From NCBI GenBank assembly GCA_026415235.1, contig JAOAHM010000070.1, positions 826 to 64,825 on the forward strand: DNA of 64,000 nt, given 5' to 3'. Made by a program: the position numbers and the translations under genes. This document shows positions 56,788 through 64,000 of the stretch, piece after piece. The stretch comes from Ignavibacteria bacterium. GTDB lineage: Bacteria > Bacteroidota > Ignavibacteria > Ch128b. Position 1 is the stretch's first letter; each line of letters starts with the position of its first letter. The notes under the pieces were generated by a model that was not told the origin of the DNA, searched no databases, and was given only the letters and a program-made list of their open reading frames with translations.

Positions 56788-58614
56788 ATGAAGAAAATTA
56801 AAATTTTGCCAGAATATGTAGCTTCGAAAATTGCAGCAGGCGAAGTTGTTCAAAGACCTGAATCGGTTGTTAAAGAACTTCTCGAAAATTCAATTGATGC
56901 TCAAGCTTCTCATATTACTTTAATAATAAAAGATGCAGGTAAAACTTTAATTCAGGTTATTGATGATGGAATTGGTATGTCTGAAGAAGATGCTCGTTTG
57001 GCATTTCATAGACATTCAACAAGTAAAATTTCGGATATCGAAGACCTTGAACGCATTACTACCTTAGGATTTAGAGGCGAAGCACTTTATTCAATTGCAG
57101 CTGTTTCGAGAGTTGAATTGAAAACTAAAACTGAAGATATGGATTTAGGAACGCACATCATTATTGAAGGTGGAAAATTCTTAGAGCAAAATAAAGTTAA
57201 TTGTGAAAGAGGCACAAACATTACAGTAAAAAATTTATTCTTTAATGTTCCAGCACGAAGAAATTTTCTCAAATCAAACGCAACTGAATTCAAACACATT
57301 TACGACACTTTTCAGAGATTAAGCCTAAGCCATATAAATATAAGATTTACTTTCATTGACGATGATAGACTTGTGATTGACTTGCCTCAATCTTCAATTG
57401 AAAAAAGGATTCAATATTATTTTGGTGAATCGTTTTTAGAATCATTAATTCCAGTTCGTTTCGAAAATCAAGATTTACACATTTGGGGTTATATCGGTGC
57501 ACCACACTTTGCCAAGAAAGTAAAAGGTCAGCAGTTTCTTTTTCTCAATAATAGATTTGTAATTAATAAATCTGTTTCGCATGCAGTCTATCGTGGTTAT
57601 GAGCATTTGATTGAGAAAGGTGAATATCCTTTCTATTTGATTTTTATCAATCTCGATCCAAAGCGAATTGATGTAAATGTTCATCCATCTAAATTAGAAG
57701 TAAAATTTGATGATGAGAATTTCATTTATTCAACAATTTATTCTGCCGTTAAAGAAGCTCTTACGAGCAAAGATTTTTCACCTCAAATTGAACTAAAAGA
57801 AGCAGATGATTTTGCAGTTCAAACGAGATTTAAAAATCCAATTGTCGAACCATATAGTTTTATCGCTAAAGAAGTTTATGGTGAACCAAAGAAAGAACTT
57901 CCAACTCAAGAAACTCAAATTAATTCATCATCGATGCGAGTTCAAAAGAATAATTTGTTTGAAATAGATTTCCTTGAAAATACAAATGAAGTTTCAATTT
58001 CATATACTCAAGAAAATTTAGATGAAGCAACTGTTACTCGACAAGCTTGGCAACTTCATAATAAATATATTCTAACGCCAATTAAAAATGGTTTGATGAT
58101 AATTGATCAACATGTTGCTCACGAAAGAATTTTATACGAAAAAGCAATTCAAAGTATCGAAAATTCACTTCCATTTTCGCAGCAATTACTGTTTCCACAA
58201 ACTATCGAATTGAGCAAACCTGATTTAGAACTGATTTTAGAATTGAAAGATTACTTTGAGAAAATTGGATTTGATATCAAAACTTCTGGAAAGTCATCAA
58301 TCACAATTTATGGTATCCCTCAAGATGTCAAACAGGGCAAAGAGAAAAAAGTTTTACTTGAAATTTTAGAAATGTATCGTGAATTTGCTTTAACTAATGT
58401 AACAGACGAAAAAGATAATATTGCTAAATCATTTGCTTGTAAGAGCGCTATAAAAGCTGGAGATCCATTGACCGAGAAAGAAATGTTATCGTTGATTGAC
58501 AATCTTTTCGCTTGTAAGATTCCTTTTGTTTGTCCACATGGGCGACCTGTATTCATAAAACTTACTATTGACGAACTCGATAGAAGATTCGGGAGAACAC
58601 CAATTAAAGATTAA
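56788..58614 (+). CDS. mutL: DNA mismatch repair protein MutL
   Basis: 608 aa. Motifs IAAGEVVQRPESVVKELLENSIDA, LGFRGEAL, C-terminal CPHGRP. Confidence 0.95.
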   Translation: MKKIKILPEYVASKIAAGEVVQRPESVVKELLENSIDAQASHITLIIKDAGKTLIQVIDDGIGMSEEDARLAFHRHSTSKISDIEDLERITTLGFRGEALYSIAAVSRVELKTKTEDMDLGTHIIIEGGKFLEQNKVNCERGTNITVKNLFFNVPARRNFLKSNATEFKHIYDTFQRLSLSHINIRFTFIDDDRLVIDLPQSSIEKRIQYYFGESFLESLIPVRFENQDLHIWGYIGAPHFAKKVKGQQFLFLNNRFVINKSVSHAVYRGYEHLIEKGEYPFYLIFINLDPKRIDVNVHPSKLEVKFDDENFIYSTIYSAVKEALTSKDFSPQIELKEADDFAVQTRFKNPIVEPYSFIAKEVYGEPKKELPTQETQINSSSMRVQKNNLFEIDFLENTNEVSISYTQENLDEATVTRQAWQLHNKYILTPIKNGLMIIDQHVAHERILYEKAIQSIENSLPFSQQLLFPQTIELSKPDLELILELKDYFEKIGFDIKTSGKSSITIYGIPQDVKQGKEKKVLLEILEMYREFALTNVTDEKDNIAKSFACKSAIKAGDPLTEKEMLSLIDNLFACKIPFVCPHGRPVFIKLTIDELDRRFGRTPIKD

Positions 58615-58635
58615 TCAATAAAAAGTGAGGGCAAC

Positions 58636-60291
58636 ATGGATAACAAAAATTTCTTAGAGAAAAAACAACAGTGGAAGAAAGAGGCTGAAGCTCAGCCTAC
58701 AATTCCAATTACATTCAACTCAATTAGTGGCAATAAGGTAGAAATAATTTATACACCAGATGATTTGGGCGATTTTGATTATGAAAGAGATTTAGGTTTT
58801 CCAGGCGAATATCCTTTCACTCGAGGTATTCATAAAAATATGTATCGAGGGAAATTGTGGACGATGCGTCAATTCGCTGGATTTGGAACTCCCGAAGATA
58901 CAAACAAGCGATTCAAATATTTGCTTGAACATGGACAAACTGGACTTTCTGTTGCATTTGATTTACCAACTTTGATGGGATGGGATGCCGATGCACCAAT
59001 GTCAGAAGGTGAAGTTGGTATTTGCGGTGTATCTGTTTCATCTCTTGCTGATATGGAAAAACTTTTCGATGGAATTCCACTTGGTGAAGTTTCAACATCA
59101 ATGACAATTAATTCTCCTGCTGCAATGATTTTTGCTTTTTATCTTGCAGTTGCAGAAAAGCAGGGCGTTGATTTCAAAAAGTTAAGAGGCACTTTACAAA
59201 ATGATATCTTGAAAGAATATATCGCTCAGAAAGAATACATTTTCCCACCACGACCTTCCATGAAAATTATTGTTGATATGATTGAATATTGTTCGAAAGA
59301 AGTTCCACAATGGAATCCAGTTTCAATTAGTGGTTATCACATTCGTGAAGCAGGTTCGACTGCTGCACAAGAACTTGCTTTTACTCTTGCAGATGGATTT
59401 GCTTACATCGAAGCTTGCATCGAAAGAGGAATGGATGTAGATGAGTTTGCACCTCGACTTTCATTCTTTTTTAACTCACATTTAGATTTCTTCGAAGAGA
59501 TTGCAAAATTTAGAGCTGCTCGAAGAATTTACGCACGAAGAATGAAGGAAGTTTATAAGGCAAAAAATCCACGAAGCTGGTGGTTAAGATTTCATACTCA
59601 AACTGCTGGTTGTTCTCTTACAGCTCAACAACCAGAAAATAACATTGTTCGAACTGCTTTTGAAGCTCTTGCTGCGGTTTTGGGTGGAACACAATCACTC
59701 CACACAAACTCGATGGATGAAACTCTTGCTCTTCCAAGTGAAAAAGCGGTGAAAATTGCATTGCGAACTCAGCAAATTATTGCTTATGAAACAGGAGTAA
59801 TTAATACAATTGATCCACTTGGTGGTAGTTATTACATCGAAGCTCTAACAAATCGTCTTGAACAAGAAGCAAATGAATATTTCAAAAAGATAGATGAACT
59901 TGGTGGCGTAATTCCAGCAATTGAAATGGGATTTTTCCAAAAAGAAATTGCAAATGCTGCTTATCGTTATCAGAAAGAGATTGAAGAAAAACAAAGAATA
60001 ATAGTTGGTGTGAATGAGTTTGTCGAAAAAGAAGAAAAGATTGAAATACCAATACTCTATATTCCACCAGAAGTTGAGATAAAACAGCGTGAAGCATTAG
60101 CAAAACTTCGAAATGAAAGAAATAATCAGATTGTTAAAGAAAAACTTGCTGCTCTTCATCAAGCAGCAATTGATGAAAAGAACTTGATGCCTTATGTTTT
60201 AGACTGTGCAAGAAATTATGTTACGCTTGGTGAAATGGTAGATGAATTAAAGAAAGTCTATGGAGTTTATGAAGAAAGTATTGTTTTCTGA
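58636..60291 (+). CDS. Methylmalonyl-CoA mutase family, large (substrate-binding) subunit without a B12-binding domain
   Basis: 551 aa. Motifs FTRGI...[40 protein letters not shown]. It ends before any DxHxxG cobalamin-binding domain. Confidence 0.88.
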   Translation: MDNKNFLEKKQQWKKEAEAQPTIPITFNSISGNKVEIIYTPDDLGDFDYERDLGFPGEYPFTRGIHKNMYRGKLWTMRQFAGFGTPEDTNKRFKYLLEHGQTGLSVAFDLPTLMGWDADAPMSEGEVGICGVSVSSLADMEKLFDGIPLGEVSTSMTINSPAAMIFAFYLAVAEKQGVDFKKLRGTLQNDILKEYIAQKEYIFPPRPSMKIIVDMIEYCSKEVPQWNPVSISGYHIREAGSTAAQELAFTLADGFAYIEACIERGMDVDEFAPRLSFFFNSHLDFFEEIAKFRAARRIYARRMKEVYKAKNPRSWWLRFHTQTAGCSLTAQQPENNIVRTAFEALAAVLGGTQSLHTNSMDETLALPSEKAVKIALRTQQIIAYETGVINTIDPLGGSYYIEALTNRLEQEANEYFKKIDELGGVIPAIEMGFFQKEIANAAYRYQKEIEEKQRIIVGVNEFVEKEEKIEIPILYIPPEVEIKQREALAKLRNERNNQIVKEKLAALHQAAIDEKNLMPYVLDCARNYVTLGEMVDELKKVYGVYEESIVF

Positions 60292-61201
60292 AACAAAAAC
60301 AATCTTACAGCTTATCCGTGTCAAACAATGGATAAAGAATTTCTTTCTTTTTGCACCTTTGATTTTCTCGCATCATTTGTTCGAAGCTACTTATGTTTCC
60401 GTAGCGATTAGAGCATTTTTTGCATTTTGTTTTCTATCAAGTGTAGTTTATATAATTAATGATATTGCAGACCTTGAGCAAGACAAAAATCATCCAGTAA
60501 AAAAACAACGACCACTTCCTTCAGGAAGAATAACTAAAGCAAATGCAATTATTATCTCGTTTATCTTATTTACTGGGATGATTTTGTTAGCTCATGAAAT
60601 GAATTTCAAATTCAAATTTGCTCTTTTTGTTTATTTCATAATTAACATATTGTATAGTTTCAAACTAAAGCAAATAGTTTTACTTGATATATTTTTCATT
60701 GCATTTGGTTTCATGATAAGAATCATTGCAGGTGCTTGGGCAATTGATGTTTATATCTCAAGTTGGTTAATTCTTACTACTTTATTCCTTTCACTTTTCT
60801 TAGCAGTCACTAAAAGAAGAAGTGAACTTTCGGTTGTGGAAAACAGTTCAACTACTCGTAAAGTACTCGGTGATTACTCAATTGTTTTTGCTGATCAAAT
60901 GGCTACAATTTCTGCTGCTGGAACTGTGATTGCTTATGCTTTATACACTGTTTCGGAAAGAACAAGAGAAATTTTTCAAACTGAAAATTTAATTTTTACT
61001 ACTCCATTTGTTGTTTATGGAATATTCCGTTATCTCTATTTAGTTCACAAAAAAAATCTCGGTGAAAATCCTACTCAAATTATTACCACAGATTTACCAA
61101 TGATTATTAACATTTTCTTATGGGTTATTACATCCATTGGCATTATTTATAAATACAAATTCAATGTTTCCGTATGGAAATATATCGAGCAGCTTTTTTA
61201 A
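60260..61201 (+). CDS. UbiA-family prenyltransferase, decaprenyl-phosphate phosphoribosyltransferase-like
   Basis: Motifs [36 protein letters not shown]. About 8 TM segments. The likely start is the ATG at 60269, which overlaps the end of the mutase gene. Confidence 0.8.
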   Translation: MEFMKKVLFSETKTILQLIRVKQWIKNFFLFAPLIFSHHLFEATYVSVAIRAFFAFCFLSSVVYIINDIADLEQDKNHPVKKQRPLPSGRITKANAIIISFILFTGMILLAHEMNFKFKFALFVYFIINILYSFKLKQIVLLDIFFIAFGFMIRIIAGAWAIDVYISSWLILTTLFLSLFLAVTKRRSELSVVENSSTTRKVLGDYSIVFADQMATISAAGTVIAYALYTVSERTREIFQTENLIFTTPFVVYGIFRYLYLVHKKNLGENPTQIITTDLPMIINIFLWVITSIGIIYKYKFNVSVWKYIEQLF

Positions 61202-61644
61202 TCGCTTTGATGTTTATGTTTAATCATTGTCATCGTGAATTAACCAAAAATGATGGACTACTTGATGCAGAAATGAAACAGGTCAATCTGTGGCTTGATG
61301 CAATGCCTAAAGTCAATGAACCTTCTCTCCTTCATTTTGAAATTGATTTGACTCTAAAAAACAAATCGAACAAACAAATTGAAATTGATTCAATTTCATT
61401 TGAATTAATGTTTGATGAAAATTTGAGTTTTATCTTTCCGAAAAAGAAAGAACCACAAATAAAAATCAAACCTTCTATGTCTGTTGAATTTAATAATAAA
61501 TTTGCTGCTGGTGAGATTAAAGAAATTAAAAAGTTAAGTGATAAAACAGCAAAAATTTTTATCAACTTGTCTTATAAAGAAAATGGGAATTATTTTAATC
61601 AAAAGATTTTGTTGGGAGAGAAAAAAATTGAAATGGTTTATTGA
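61174..61644 (+). CDS. Hypothetical exported protein
   Basis: 156 aa with an N-terminal hydrophobic segment ([14 protein letters not shown]). No family recognised. It overlaps the upstream gene by 28 nt, so the start is uncertain. Confidence 0.45.
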   Translation: MEIYRAAFLIALMFMFNHCHRELTKNDGLLDAEMKQVNLWLDAMPKVNEPSLLHFEIDLTLKNKSNKQIEIDSISFELMFDENLSFIFPKKKEPQIKIKPSMSVEFNNKFAAGEIKEIKKLSDKTAKIFINLSYKENGNYFNQKILLGEKKIEMVY

Positions 61645-61647
61645 GAT

Positions 61648-64000
<2,353 letters not shown>

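Overview
AT-rich bacterial chromosomal segment. The taxon looks like the FCB group, probably Ignavibacteria-like, because six proteins end in Por/T9SS type-A C-terminal sorting domains. I call 44 protein-coding genes. 43 of them are on the + strand, and they are tightly packed with many 1-4 nt start/stop overlaps. I found no rRNA, tRNA, CRISPR array, transposase or integrase.

The window has three parts.

(1) 1-10.6 kb holds envelope-polysaccharide genes (sugar transferase, DegT aminotransferase, two GT2 enzymes, Wzx-like flippase) mixed with housekeeping genes (accA, nadC, thioesterase, radical SAM). It also holds the only minus-strand gene, a class-A beta-lactamase-like lipoprotein.

(2) 10.9-36.9 kb (26.0 kb, about 41% of the window) is an array of six consecutive genes for large or giant T9SS cargo proteins, about 8,560 aa in total. 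In order they are a 2347-aa BNR-propeller protein, a 2715-aa multi-propeller adhesin-like protein, an S8 subtilase, an M28 aminopeptidase, an M14 carboxypeptidase and a second BNR-propeller protein. Five of the six carry the same colinear ~355-aa C-terminal cassette. The cassette is a twin GWNL...GYW[LV]K module, then an E[LM]PPxPPxxx[FL]D[VA]RF motif, then a variable segment, then the T9SS CTD. I cannot assign the cassette to any named family. This array is the most interesting part of the window.

(3) 36.9-64 kb is housekeeping: fmt, a fused AdoMet decarboxylase-spermidine synthase, two Cys/Met PLP enzymes, pgeF, folB-folK, a deoxynucleoside kinase, GT9, Ppx/GppA, maf, an EF-G paralogue coupled to HIT-ugd-oxidoreductase genes, mutL, a methylmalonyl-CoA mutase large subunit, a UbiA prenyltransferase, a CNNM transporter and tgt.

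All calls come from reading the translations and the DNA by eye. No database search was run.
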